A DNA stretch of 64,000 nucleotides from Candidatus Saccharimonadia bacterium (GCA_035479295.1 DATIIV010000012.1:1010-65009), one strand, 5' to 3'; shown: positions 1 to 8,545, counted from the first letter of the stretch. Notes: generated from the sequence alone by a model not told the origin. Translations and numbers: made by a program.

Positions 1-2
1 CT

Positions 3-1022
3 GAGCTTGCGCGCAAATTATGGGAACAGATTCTTCGCATATCCTTTGAAGATGGCAATGCGAGCGATTTATTGACTGAAAATGAAGTTTTTGATCTGCT
101 CGATTTTACGCCCTACTACACGCGTCGAGATCAGGCGGTACCTTCGCTCAGAAAAACAATTCTTGGCCATATGGTAAATGAGGCTGTTGTTTCATCGAAA
201 CTTGGAAGGTACTTCATAACCAACCTCGGAGCCATCTTATTCGCAAAAGATATGTCGAACTTCGATTCTTTGCTGAACCGAAGCGTGAGAGTCATTAAAT
301 ATAAGGGCAATGATAAATCTGCCGTTGAGCGGTCACAAGACGGACAAATGGGGTATGCCCTCAGCCTCGATAATCTCGTTGACTTTCTTATGCTGCTACT
401 TCCTAGCGAAGAATACCTTGAAGGGGGTACGCGTAAAACACGTCAAACTTACTCGCGCGAAATGGTTAAAGAGCTAGCAACAAACATGGTCACTCACCAG
501 GACTTTTCGGTATCTGGCTATGCGCCAAGGGTTGAGATTTATACGGATCGAATTGAATTTACAAATCCTGGCGCACCTGTGATTGAGGTAGCACGCTTCT
601 TGGATAGCAATAATAGCCGTAATCCGCGCCTAGCTAAGTTAATGAGAACCATGAAGCTGTGCGAAGAGCGAGGTATGGGGATTGATATTGTTGAAGCAGA
701 GTGCGAAAAAATGTATCTTCCTTCGCCCTCAATTACTACAAGTGATGATTTTACTCGCGTGATTGTCTTCGACCATAAGACTTTACGTCAATTCAATAGC
801 TACGAACGTATAAATCTCGTGTACATGCACTGCTGCCTCCAACACATCAAGCACGCGTCCATGACGAACGAAACATTGCGTTCAAGGTTTGCAGAGGGGG
901 TGCTATCATCTACTGTTGCATCACGCTGGATAGGTGAAGCCCTGGAAAAGGGTATGATTAAGCCATTTGACCCCACATCTATATCTCGAAAACAGGCAAG
1001 ATATATTCCATGTTGGGCATAG
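3..1022 (+). CDS. HATPase_c_4-type ATP-binding domain protein (RecG-C-terminal-like / Schlafen-AlbA_2-associated putative transcriptional regulator), 5'-truncated at window edge
   Basis: In-frame ORF runs from nt 3 with no stop (ELARKLWEQILRISFEDG...). The TTG at 72 is only the first in-window start, so the true start lies upstream of the window. Composition and motifs (..VTHQDFSVSGY..IEFTNPG..) resemble the HATPase_c_4 C-terminal half of AlbA_2-type regulators. The region is AT-rich. Confidence 0.45.
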   Translation, partial: ELARKLWEQILRISFEDGNASDLLTENEVFDLLDFTPYYTRRDQAVPSLRKTILGHMVNEAVVSSKLGRYFITNLGAILFAKDMSNFDSLLNRSVRVIKYKGNDKSAVERSQDGQMGYALSLDNLVDFLMLLLPSEEYLEGGTRKTRQTYSREMVKELATNMVTHQDFSVSGYAPRVEIYTDRIEFTNPGAPVIEVARFLDSNNSRNPRLAKLMRTMKLCEERGMGIDIVEAECEKMYLPSPSITTSDDFTRVIVFDHKTLRQFNSYERINLVYMHCCLQHIKHASMTNETLRSRFAEGVLSSTVASRWIGEALEKGMIKPFDPTSISRKQARYIPCWA

Positions 1023-1179
1023 GCTCCCTATATATACGAGAAGTGACGGAAAAAATAAAAAATGCTCTCTTAAGGGCAAAAAGCCTTGTTTCTTATTTGC
1101 GCCTATTTGTACGAGGCACATTTTTAGCAGCTAGAAAGCAAAATAACAATTACGCCAATGATGGTGATTGAAGAAGAAT

Positions 1180-1222
1180 AGTTCTAACGTCATTCACGAT
1201 CCGGCCCCAGGAATTATTCACA
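1180..1222. repeat. degenerate third copy of cassette-boundary direct repeat (shares 12-mer caggaattattc with copy at 2930-2985)
   Basis: gttctaacgtcattcacgatccggccccaggaattattc aligns with gttcgaaacttgaatcctagctcgcctcaggaattattc at about 26/39 identity. It lies just upstream of the hydrolase gene. Confidence 0.3.
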
Positions 1223-1290
1223 AAAGTAACGGCATTTAGGCCGTTTTTTTGTCTAAACAGGGGGCTCGAATCCAAATAGCTCCAGTAAGG

Positions 1291-1296
1291 TATAAT
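1291..1296 (+). promoter_or_regulatory. -10 box TATAAT, 6-nt spacer to ATG 1303 (leaderless transcript predicted)
   Basis: Sequence is gtaaggTATAATctatctATGaaaact. There is no Shine-Dalgarno. Confidence 0.4.
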
Positions 1297-1302
1297 CTAT
1301 CT

Positions 1303-1896
1303 ATGAAAACTGCACTCATCCTCCATGGCACTGATGGCACTCCACAAAGCAACTGGTTCCCTTGGCTTAAGGCCGAACTCGAAAAAGATGGCTACTTGGT
1401 CTGGGCGGCAGCATTGCCGAATGCCCATAAGCCAAACATGGAGCTGTATGTCAAAACTCTCTTAAGTACGAAATATGACCTCGGCAGCTGCCCGATGGGC
1501 TGGGATTATAACAAAGATACGCTTATTGTGGGTCATTCCTCCGGCGCGGTGGCAATCCTTGGCTTGCTCCAGGCGCTGCCCAAAGACATAACTGTCGGCA
1601 CGTGCGTATTGGTAGGCTCGTTCAAGGATGACCTCGGCTGGGACTCACTAAGCGAGTTGTTCGAGAAGCCGTTTGATTTTGAACTTATTAAAACCAAAGC
1701 CAAGAAGTTTATCTTCGTCCATTCGGATAACGACCCCTATTGCCCGTTGGAGCACGCAGAGTACCTGAGCAAGCAAGTGGGCGGGGAATTGATTGTGCTA
1801 CCCGGACAAGGGCACTTTAGCGCCGAATTGAATCCGGAATACAAAGAGTTCCCGAGGTTGCTAGAAATTATCAAGGAGGAAAAGGAAAAGCAGTGA
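1303..1896 (+). CDS. RBBP9/YdeN-family serine hydrolase (alpha/beta fold)
   Basis: MKTALILHGTDGTPQSNWFPWL.. with GHSSGA nucleophile elbow and a C-terminal D..H. The long ORF from 1249 probably starts at the internal ATG 1303, directly after a TATAAT. It has a paralog at 27205-27744. Confidence 0.6.
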   Translation: MKTALILHGTDGTPQSNWFPWLKAELEKDGYLVWAAALPNAHKPNMELYVKTLLSTKYDLGSCPMGWDYNKDTLIVGHSSGAVAILGLLQALPKDITVGTCVLVGSFKDDLGWDSLSELFEKPFDFELIKTKAKKFIFVHSDNDPYCPLEHAEYLSKQVGGELIVLPGQGHFSAELNPEYKEFPRLLEIIKEEKEKQ

Positions 1897-2309
1897 ACGT
1901 CACCATTCAAGAGTTTGGCTATCCCGACAACCTCATTCATGAATACGGTCACTGGGTTGTTTTATTGCGTCCTAGGCAGGTAACTGTTGGAAGTTTGGTG
2001 GTGATTGCCAAATCAGACGCCACAAATCTTGGTGAACTAGGGGCTGATGCCTGGGCGGAGTTTGCTACTGTCACGAAAGATATGGAAAGATTGCTCCAGC
2101 GAGTATTTGAGGCCGAGAAATTTAACTATCTTGCGTTGATGATGAAAGATCCGAATGTGCATTTCCATCTCATCCCACGATATTCGAGTTCGGTAAAGGT
2201 AAACGATTCATCCTATGCGGACACAGATTGGCCGCTTAAAACCGAGATGAAGCCTCTCGACATGAGTGATGCTGATTTCGCAGCCATTAAGCAGCAATTA
2301 GTGTCCTGA
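1893..2309 (+). CDS. HIT-like (histidine triad superfamily) hydrolase with degenerate triad N-V-H-F-H-L-I-P-R
   Basis: About 138 aa. The ..DPNVHFHLIPRY.. motif resembles HxHxHxx-IPR of HIT proteins, but the first His is Asn. The GTG start overlaps the upstream stop (GTGA), suggesting translational coupling. Confidence 0.45.
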   Translation: MNVTIQEFGYPDNLIHEYGHWVVLLRPRQVTVGSLVVIAKSDATNLGELGADAWAEFATVTKDMERLLQRVFEAEKFNYLALMMKDPNVHFHLIPRYSSSVKVNDSSYADTDWPLKTEMKPLDMSDADFAAIKQQLVS

Positions 2310-2338
2310 ACCTAATATCCTTTACTATCCCACAAACT

Positions 2339-2385
2339 GCGGTGTAGCATTCCGTTCGAAACTTGAACTCTAGCTCGTCCCAAAG
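2339..2385. repeat. ~45-bp direct repeat copy A (gcggtgtagcattccgttcgaaacttgaactctagctcgtcc)
   Basis: About 38/42 identical to copy B at 2930-2972. The two copies flank the GNAT gene. Confidence 0.5.
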
Positions 2386-2439
2386 CACTTATGCCTAAAG
2401 AGGCTTAATGAAGCCACTTTTTGAGTACCAATAAGTTGG

Positions 2440-2445
2440 TATAAT
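2440..2445 (+). promoter_or_regulatory. -10 box TATAAT 6 nt upstream of ATG 2452 (leaderless)
   Basis: Sequence is ggtTATAATtaccccATGgaa. Confidence 0.4.
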
Positions 2446-2451
2446 TACCCC

Positions 2452-2901
2452 ATGGAAATACGTCGCGCCCAGCTTGCAGAAGCCGAATCACTTGCAAATC
2501 TATTTCTCCGGTCGTTCCGCTCGGCACTGCCGACAGTCAAGCTTGCCCATACTGATGACGAAACACGTCAGTGGTATCGTGACCACTTGCTTCCGGAAAC
2601 TGACACTTGGGTCTTTATTCGAGAAGGCAAGATAGTCGGTTTTATTTCACTTAGCGCCTCTACAGTCGAGCAGCTTTACGTCGACAGCCGCGAGACCGGA
2701 AAGGGTGTAGGCGCAAGACTCATCGAAACCGCCAAGCAAATCCGGCCCAAAGGGCTGAGTCTGGCAACATTTGCGGTAAACATACCGGCCCGGCGATTTT
2801 ATGAGAAGCACGGCTTTAAACATGTTCGCTCCACCGACGGGTCAAACAACGAAGAGCATGAGCCAGACGTTTACTACGAGTGGAAACCAACCAAAGAGTA
2901 G
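2452..2901 (+). CDS. GNAT family N-acetyltransferase
   Basis: 149 aa with motif A RETGKGVGARLIE and a ..RFYEKHGF.. tail typical of GNAT. Confidence 0.75.
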   Translation: MEIRRAQLAEAESLANLFLRSFRSALPTVKLAHTDDETRQWYRDHLLPETDTWVFIREGKIVGFISLSASTVEQLYVDSRETGKGVGARLIETAKQIRPKGLSLATFAVNIPARRFYEKHGFKHVRSTDGSNNEEHEPDVYYEWKPTKE

Positions 2902-2929
2902 AGTTTTATATCCTTCACCAACGCACATA

Positions 2930-2985
2930 TCGCCGCATAGCACTCCGTTCGAAACTTGAATCCTAGCTCGCCTCAGGAATTATTC
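2930..2985. repeat. ~45-bp direct repeat copy B (gccgcatagcactccgttcgaaacttgaatcctagctcgcctcaggaattattc)
   Basis: Direct repeat of 2339-2385 located 590 bp downstream. Its tail shares caggaattattc with 1211-1222. Confidence 0.5.
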
Positions 2986-3273
2986 TTAATGATGGCTTTA
3001 TGTAGCCATTATTTTTTAAGTTAAACGCTACGACCCCCCAAGAATTATCACTACTTTCGCTCAGTATTGTAATGCCATCTTTCTCTACCAACGGGTAACA
3101 CGCCGTGCCGCCGGTCCAGGCTTTGATTGAGATGCTATAATGTAGCCATGAGATATCGACGAACTGCTTTTTCTGATCTATCGGCCGCGCCCTTGCGCAC
3201 AGAGTAGTCTGTTGTCCAGATACGTCTCCGCGAAGCGCCGGCTGGTCCGGTGTTTTATTTTGAGGAGATGTAT

Positions 3274-4755
3274 ATGCTGGCATTACATGCAGTGACAAAA
3301 GAATATGATGGCTTGGCCGTGCTCGACAACGTGGAGCTGACGCTGAAGCCAGGTGACGTGGTCGGCTTGATCGGGGCTAACGGGGCCGGTAAGTCTACGC
3401 TGCTACAGATAGCGGCTGGGGTGGTAGAGCCTGGCCGGGGTACGGTCACCACCGATGGCGAGGCGGTTGGCTACCTGCCGCAGCGGCAGCCGGACGCGCA
3501 CCTACGCGTCGAAGCGTACCTGACCAACCTTCTGCCGTGGCCCGATGAGGCCTATCGGCTAGAGATTGCTCTGGCCAAAGTAGGGCTTGGCTATGAGCTA
3601 AAATCTCGTTGGCTCGACGAGCTAAGCGGTGGTCAAAAGACGCGCGTGGGGCTGGCCGGGCTACTCTTGAGCAACCCCTCGGTTCTGCTCCTGGACGAAC
3701 CGACCAATAATTTAGACAGCGACAGCCTGGATTGGCTCATTGGGTTTATCCGGCGCTTCGAGGGCGCTGCTTTGATGGCCTCGCACGACCGGCGTGTTCT
3801 CGATCTGGTAACGACGCAGGTTGTGGAGCTGGCTCATGGACGGTTGGCCCACTACGGTGGCAACTATAGCTTTTACCTCGACCAAAAGGCTATAGAGCGA
3901 GCAGCCCAAGCAGTAAAGTACCAGACCTATCGGACCGAGCAGAAACAACTAAAACAAGCCATCGCTCAAAAGCGCGCCATGGCCGATAAAGCAGGACGAG
4001 CCAGTGCGCCTGATAATGAGAAGATGATTACGCACTACCTGCAAGATAAAGTTTCGCGCCTCTACCATAAGGACGCCAAAACCATGACGAAGCGACTGGA
4101 GCGGCTACCCGAGGTTCAGCGGCCGGCGCCGGATCGCACATATACCGTCACTGTCTCCGGCCAGACCGCCGCCGCCAAGCTCATCGTGGCGGCAGAGAAC
4201 TTGGCCTTTGCCTACAACGGTCACGAGGTAATTGAAGACGTGTCATTTGAGATTCGTGGCTCACAGCGGCTGGGAATTCTGGGTGCAAACGGCGCCGGTA
4301 AGTCTACGCTGCTTAAACTCGTGGCTGGTCAGCTCCAGCCTTCCCGCGGCCAAGTCAGGCTGGGTCAGGGGGTGCGTCTGGGCTATTACTCCCAAGAGGC
4401 GACAGAAGTGATGCTTGGCACGGGCCTCGATTATTTGCGAACCTCGGGCGCCTCGGTGCAGGCTTGCTACGATATGGCGCTGAGCCTTAGGCTATCGCCT
4501 GGGGCTGTGCGCCAGCTATGCAGTCAGCTCTCGTATGGTGGGCTGGCTAAATTGAGGTTTGCGGCGCTATTACTGCAACCCGTGGACCTCCTCGTTCTCG
4601 ACGAGCCGACCAATCATCTCGAGATCGGGGTGCGTCACGACCTTGAGGCTGGGCTTCAGCAGTATGGCGGGGCGATAGTAGTCGCCTCCCACGATGCCTA
4701 CTTTTTAGAACGCATAGGGCTAACCGATGCGCTGACGCTAAAGAGCGGCGGCTAG
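3274..4755 (+). CDS. ABC-F family ATPase (two tandem NBDs, no TMD; translation-factor type)
   Basis: Two Walker A motifs (GANGAGKST twice), two LSGGQ-type signatures (LSGGQKTRV; LSYGGLAKL), and a K/R/Q-rich inter-domain linker of about 80 aa. GAGGAG lies 6 nt before ATG 3274. The high-GC region starts here. Confidence 0.8.
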   Translation: MLALHAVTKEYDGLAVLDNVELTLKPGDVVGLIGANGAGKSTLLQIAAGVVEPGRGTVTTDGEAVGYLPQRQPDAHLRVEAYLTNLLPWPDEAYRLEIALAKVGLGYELKSRWLDELSGGQKTRVGLAGLLLSNPSVLLLDEPTNNLDSDSLDWLIGFIRRFEGAALMASHDRRVLDLVTTQVVELAHGRLAHYGGNYSFYLDQKAIERAAQAVKYQTYRTEQKQLKQAIAQKRAMADKAGRASAPDNEKMITHYLQDKVSRLYHKDAKTMTKRLERLPEVQRPAPDRTYTVTVSGQTAAAKLIVAAENLAFAYNGHEVIEDVSFEIRGSQRLGILGANGAGKSTLLKLVAGQLQPSRGQVRLGQGVRLGYYSQEATEVMLGTGLDYLRTSGASVQACYDMALSLRLSPGAVRQLCSQLSYGGLAKLRFAALLLQPVDLLVLDEPTNHLEIGVRHDLEAGLQQYGGAIVVASHDAYFLERIGLTDALTLKSGG

Positions 4756-4853
4756 CTCATGCCCAATGGTGTCGCCGGCCTGGCTTTTATAACATGCCAC
4801 AGTTGCACATATTACTTATGCTTATAAAATAGGAGCAGTAAGACGGGGCATGC

Positions 4854-6665
4854 GTGGTAACTAAGAGAACTCGAGCCGTGGTTCGTGGCGCCAGGCTCAT
4901 GGCGGCTCTGGCACTGGTTTTGGCGCCCATATTGCCGATTGGGCCCCAGGCCCAGGCTACTGGGCCGGCGGTTGATAATGTCGCCACCTGCGCCGACCTA
5001 GCTACCCTGGGCACTAACCCCAGTGCGGCCGGCGATACCATTAACCTAATCGCCGATCTTGACTGCACCGGCGTGGGCTTTACAGCCATCTTTAGTGGTG
5101 GCTTCACCGGCACGTTTGACGGGCATGACCACAGCATCAGCCACCTCACGATTAACCAGCCGGGCAATTATGACGTGGGTTTGTTTAGCAATACGAATGG
5201 CGCCACCATTCAAAATCTGAACCTGGTCTCTGGCTCGGTGGCTGGCTCCAACGCTGCCGGTGGCCTGATTGGCCTCGCTCAGAACACCACGGTTAAACAC
5301 GTTACCTCGGCCGTCAATGTGAGCTCGGCGGGCGACCAAGTGGGTGGTTTGATTGGTCTAGTTCAGAGTCCCGGCACCACCCTCATTCAAGATGTGGCCG
5401 TTACGGGCGACGTGACCGATCCAGGCGGCTTATTTGGCGGCGGCTACGTGGCTGGTCTGGTTGGGCTGGTGATTGCCGATAGCGGTGATGCCGCCACGCT
5501 TCAGCGGGTGTCTTATGCCGGTAGTCTCTCGGCCAACAGCGGCTCGCGGGTTGGTGGCCTCATGGGCGCCGCCTTTGTGACCGGCAACTCGGCTGCGGCC
5601 GCCGTCACCATCGCCGACTCCTACAACGCCGGTACCGTTACCACGAGCGATAACGAGGTTGGCGGTATTCTAGGCTCGGCCATCGCCATCGGCAGCGGGG
5701 TTACCAGCATCATCGACCTCAGTCGAGTCTATAACCGGGGCGCGGTCATCGGCACGGATGGAGTCGGCGGCTTGTTTGGCATCGCCAACTCGACGCATAG
5801 TGGCGACGCCATTAGTATTACCGATAGCTTCTCGGCCGGCGCAGTGACCGCGACGGTGGCCAACGGCGGTGGGCTCGTGGGCGCCAATAGTGCCGACCCG
5901 CCCACAATCTTGAGTACCACTAACGATTTTTATGACGGCCCGGCTACTGGCCAGAGCGTCTGTGCCGGGCTGCTGGCGCCCACCGGCAGCTGCACCCGGA
6001 TCGATACTGGCTCCCAACCTAGCTACTTTAAGGCCAACCGTACCAACCCGCCGTTAAATAACTGGGACTTTAGTACCATTTGGACGACCAACCCTGGCAC
6101 TTATCCCACGCTTATCCCAGTTAGCGATGGCGACGGCATTGCACTGGCCGAAGAGGGTACGGCGCCCAACCTGGGTGACGCCAATAACGATGGCATTAAC
6201 GATGCGGCCGAGGCCAACGTCACGAGTTTTGTCGATGCCGTAGATGGTCATTATGTGGCAGTGGCGCTCGATCCCGCTTGTTCCAATGGAACGGTCAGCA
6301 CGGCGCCCGAATCATCCAATGCCGTGGCCGATGCCGGCTACGATTATCCTGCCGGTCTGGTTAGCTATACCTCTAACTGCGCTACGCCTGGTTTTACCGC
6401 TACGGTTAGCCTGTATTTTTACGGCGTCAGTAGTGCCAATCTCGTAGTGCGCAAATATAATCCCGCCATTCATGGTTACAGCGCTATTCCTGGAGCTAGT
6501 CTGTCGTCGGCTACCATTGGTGGCCAGCCTGCGGTTAAGGCCACTTACCAAATTACGGATGGCGGGGCGCTGGATGAAGATGGCACTGCTAACGGGGTGA
6601 TCGTTGACCCAGTAGGCCTGGCTCGTAATGTCGTTGGCGCGCCCAACACCGGTGGGCGCTTTTAA
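4854..6665 (+). CDS. secreted GLUG-motif repeat surface protein
   Basis: GTG start. Signal peptide MVTKRTRAVVRGARLMAALALVLAPILPIGPQAQA. Repeated GGL(I/F/M/V)G(L/A) GLUG-like units (GGLIGLAQ, GGLIGLVQ, GGLMGAAF, GGILGSA, GGLFGIAN, GGLVGAN). C-terminus ...GAPNTGGRF. Confidence 0.6.
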   Translation: MVTKRTRAVVRGARLMAALALVLAPILPIGPQAQATGPAVDNVATCADLATLGTNPSAAGDTINLIADLDCTGVGFTAIFSGGFTGTFDGHDHSISHLTINQPGNYDVGLFSNTNGATIQNLNLVSGSVAGSNAAGGLIGLAQNTTVKHVTSAVNVSSAGDQVGGLIGLVQSPGTTLIQDVAVTGDVTDPGGLFGGGYVAGLVGLVIADSGDAATLQRVSYAGSLSANSGSRVGGLMGAAFVTGNSAAAAVTIADSYNAGTVTTSDNEVGGILGSAIAIGSGVTSIIDLSRVYNRGAVIGTDGVGGLFGIANSTHSGDAISITDSFSAGAVTATVANGGGLVGANSADPPTILSTTNDFYDGPATGQSVCAGLLAPTGSCTRIDTGSQPSYFKANRTNPPLNNWDFSTIWTTNPGTYPTLIPVSDGDGIALAEEGTAPNLGDANNDGINDAAEANVTSFVDAVDGHYVAVALDPACSNGTVSTAPESSNAVADAGYDYPAGLVSYTSNCATPGFTATVSLYFYGVSSANLVVRKYNPAIHGYSAIPGASLSSATIGGQPAVKATYQITDGGALDEDGTANGVIVDPVGLARNVVGAPNTGGRF

Positions 6666-7275
6666 CGGTTGGTGGCGCTATCGGGCCGGCGGCCTGGCCA
6701 TGGTGGCGGCTGGTGGAGTCGTCTTTGCCTTAGCTAACCATTACGCCGTCTATAGACCTGCCGCCCCGGCCGCGGCCTCTCGTTCGGCCTCCGCCGCCCA
6801 GGCTCAACCGGCCGCTCCAAGCCCAGGCGCCGCTCGTGTCGGGCGAATCACGATACCAGCTATTGGCGTCCAGGCGGTGATGCACCCGCTGGGCCTCGAT
6901 GCCAGCGGCCAGATGGTTGCGCCGGCGGATATTAGCACCGTGGGCTGGTATGACCGCTCGGTTGAGCCCGGCGCTCTGGGCCTGAGCATCGTCGATGGTC
7001 ACGTGGATGGTCCGGCTGGACAGCCGGGTGCGTTCTTTCATTTGGCCCAGCTTAAGCCGGGTGATGGCATAACGATTGCGCGGACTGATGGCGTGGCCGT
7101 GCATTATCGGGTTATGAGCCTCCAGAGCTTGCCGGTAGCCCAGGCGCCGGGGGCGTTGTTCTCTCAGGATCCCAAAGTAGCTCGCCAACTCAACCTTATA
7201 ACCTGTGGCGGCCTCTACGATGGCAAGACGGGGCAGTATGCCGATCGGGTGATCGTCTCGGCGGTCCAGCTGTAG
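6628..7275 (+). CDS. sortase family transpeptidase (class F-like)
   Basis: N-terminal TM (GGLAMVAAGGVVFALA), then ITIPAIGV..VGWY..DGHVDG..FFHLAQLKPGD..LNLITCGG..R, giving the sortase His, TLxTC Cys and Arg. It overlaps the 3' end of the GLUG gene by 38 nt. Confidence 0.7.
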   Translation: MSLARPTPVGAFNGWWRYRAGGLAMVAAGGVVFALANHYAVYRPAAPAAASRSASAAQAQPAAPSPGAARVGRITIPAIGVQAVMHPLGLDASGQMVAPADISTVGWYDRSVEPGALGLSIVDGHVDGPAGQPGAFFHLAQLKPGDGITIARTDGVAVHYRVMSLQSLPVAQAPGALFSQDPKVARQLNLITCGGLYDGKTGQYADRVIVSAVQL

Positions 7276-7428
7276 TTGGAATTATCTGGCTAGTCCTGGC
7301 CGGATTAAATTTGAGCCTCAGGCAGCCGACTTTTTGGATGAATCACTCATGTTAAGCATAAGCGTTTTGTAGGAAAATAACCCTCGTCCGTGCATTCTAT
7401 GCCCATATAAACTACAAAGGAGTTCCTT

Positions 7429-7689
7429 ATGCATGATATTGATCGGCTCGAACGTGAGATTAAAGCCCTACAGCTCGATTTAAACAAGATCGCCGGCAGT
7501 GCGCGCTGGATAGAGCTGCTAAAGATGATTCATTTCCCCGGCTACACCACGCCGGCCGAGTTCTACTTGGTCGATAACGTCGTCAAGTCCATGGCGGGCC
7601 AAGTTCGGGTACTTCAGCATTTGGAGCAGACGCTGTTTGAGGGCAGCCACATCATTGTGGGCAAAGAAGTCGAGGGCCCGGCGCAGTAG
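7429..7689 (+). CDS. hypothetical small protein (86 aa)
   Basis: RBS AAAGGAG lies 8 nt upstream of the ATG. The gene is followed by a strong intrinsic terminator. Confidence 0.45.
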   Translation: MHDIDRLEREIKALQLDLNKIAGSARWIELLKMIHFPGYTTPAEFYLVDNVVKSMAGQVRVLQHLEQTLFEGSHIIVGKEVEGPAQ

Positions 7690-7709
7690 CCGAACGGCTC
7701 TTTGGTAAG

Positions 7710-7743
7710 GCAAAAAGGAGGCCAATCAAGGCCTCCTTTTTGC
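7710..7743. terminator. bidirectional rho-independent terminator
   Basis: gcAAAAAGGAGGCCaatcaaGGCCTCCTTTTTgc forms a 14-bp perfect stem with an A-run on one side and a T-run on the other. It lies between the convergent genes 7429-7689(+) and 7766-7966(-). Confidence 0.65.
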
Positions 7744-7765
7744 TGGCATGGCGCCGTCCGTCTCG

Positions 7766-7966
7766 TTACCGGTCGCGGCTCATCCAAGCCATTACCAGCA
7801 AGCCTACTCCTAGGCCAATGATGGCGCCGGCAGTTAAGCCCAGCCACAACGGCTTCACGAATAGTCCGACGCCGAGGCCGATCATAAAGCAGCCGGCCAG
7901 GGCGATGCCGCCCGATTCATAGTCTTTAAACGGGTTAGTGGGGTATTGGGGGTGTTCGTTTGACAT
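7766..7966 (-). CDS. small glycine-zipper membrane protein (2 TM, GxxxG repeats)
   Basis: MSNEHPQYPTNPFKDYESGGIALAGCFMIGLGVGLFVKPLWLGLTAGAIIGLGVGLLVMAWMSRDR. AAGAAGGAA RBS lies 6 nt upstream of this ATG. The gene is 18 nt downstream of the EXLDI gene stop. Confidence 0.5.
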   Translation of the reverse strand: MSNEHPQYPTNPFKDYESGGIALAGCFMIGLGVGLFVKPLWLGLTAGAIIGLGVGLLVMAWMSRDR

Positions 7967-7983
7967 GATGGGTTCCTTCTTCA

Positions 7984-8487
7984 TTAAATATCCAAATATT
8001 CCACCGGCGCTTCATCGCGGTGCTGCGCCTGGTGCATCAGCTTGAGCAGCGCGCTCGGCAGCTGGCCCTCGGCCTCGTCCAGCGACGCAAACACCAGGAG
8101 CTGAGTGTCGGGCGTGTAGTCGAAGTAGTCGGCCGTGCGCCAAAAGTCGCGCTGGCGAAAGACCTCCAGATTGGGCTGCTTGGTGATCTCCACCGCCCAC
8201 TGGTTCTTGGCGGTCTTAAAGACCCGGGCGGTGTACCAGTCGTTGTGGTCGCCGGCACCCTGCCACTTAATGAGCAGTCGGCCGTTAAAGCGCTTCTCCT
8301 GCTGTAGGCCCGTGGTGCCGGTTTGCACCACGATCTCCTTGAGACCCTTGGCCTGGGCCTCGCTACGAGTGATGAACTCCTTGAGCGCCCGCACCAGCAC
8401 CGACGACAAATTATCGCCGGCCAGCTGCTGCGCCCGCTCGTACAGGGTCTGATCTTCATTTGAAACGTAGATGGTTTTGTTTGGCAT
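7984..8487 (-). CDS. EXLDI-family protein (C-terminal E-Y-L-D-I) with N-terminal ribbon-helix-helix-like segment
   Basis: 167 aa. The N-terminus KTIYVSNEDQTLYERAQQLAG..LSSVLVRALKEFI has a beta-strand plus two helices like RHH/CopG. The C-terminus ...EAPVEYLDI* matches the EXLDI family signature, recalled from memory and not searched. Confidence 0.5.
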   Translation of the reverse strand: MPNKTIYVSNEDQTLYERAQQLAGDNLSSVLVRALKEFITRSEAQAKGLKEIVVQTGTTGLQQEKRFNGRLLIKWQGAGDHNDWYTARVFKTAKNQWAVEITKQPNLEVFRQRDFWRTADYFDYTPDTQLLVFASLDEAEGQLPSALLKLMHQAQHRDEAPVEYLDI

Positions 8488-8545
8488 AATACTTGTTACT
8501 TATACATACAAGTATACACATAGTTGATGATTATGCAAGCCTTTG

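Noticed and set aside
1263-1273. tRNA-like T-loop motif ggctcgaatcc
   Set aside because: The flanks do not form acceptor, D or anticodon stems, so this is not a tRNA.
2339-2985. Possible CRISPR array from the 45-bp direct repeats
   Set aside because: There are only 2-3 copies spaced about 590-1150 bp apart, enclosing full genes. No CRISPR-like periodicity or cas genes are present.
2963-3298. 111-aa - strand ORF in the intergenic region before the ABC-F gene
   Set aside because: It spans the AT-rich intergenic region and the promoter and RBS of the ABC-F gene. It has no start context and the composition is not protein-like.
8020-8459. Alternative-frame ORFs (8037-8459 -, 8020-8307 +, 8135-8452 +) overlapping the EXLDI gene
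   Set aside because: All are Arg/Ser/Pro-rich frame artefacts of the GC-rich coding sequence. The EXLDI frame has a coherent fold pattern and a family motif.
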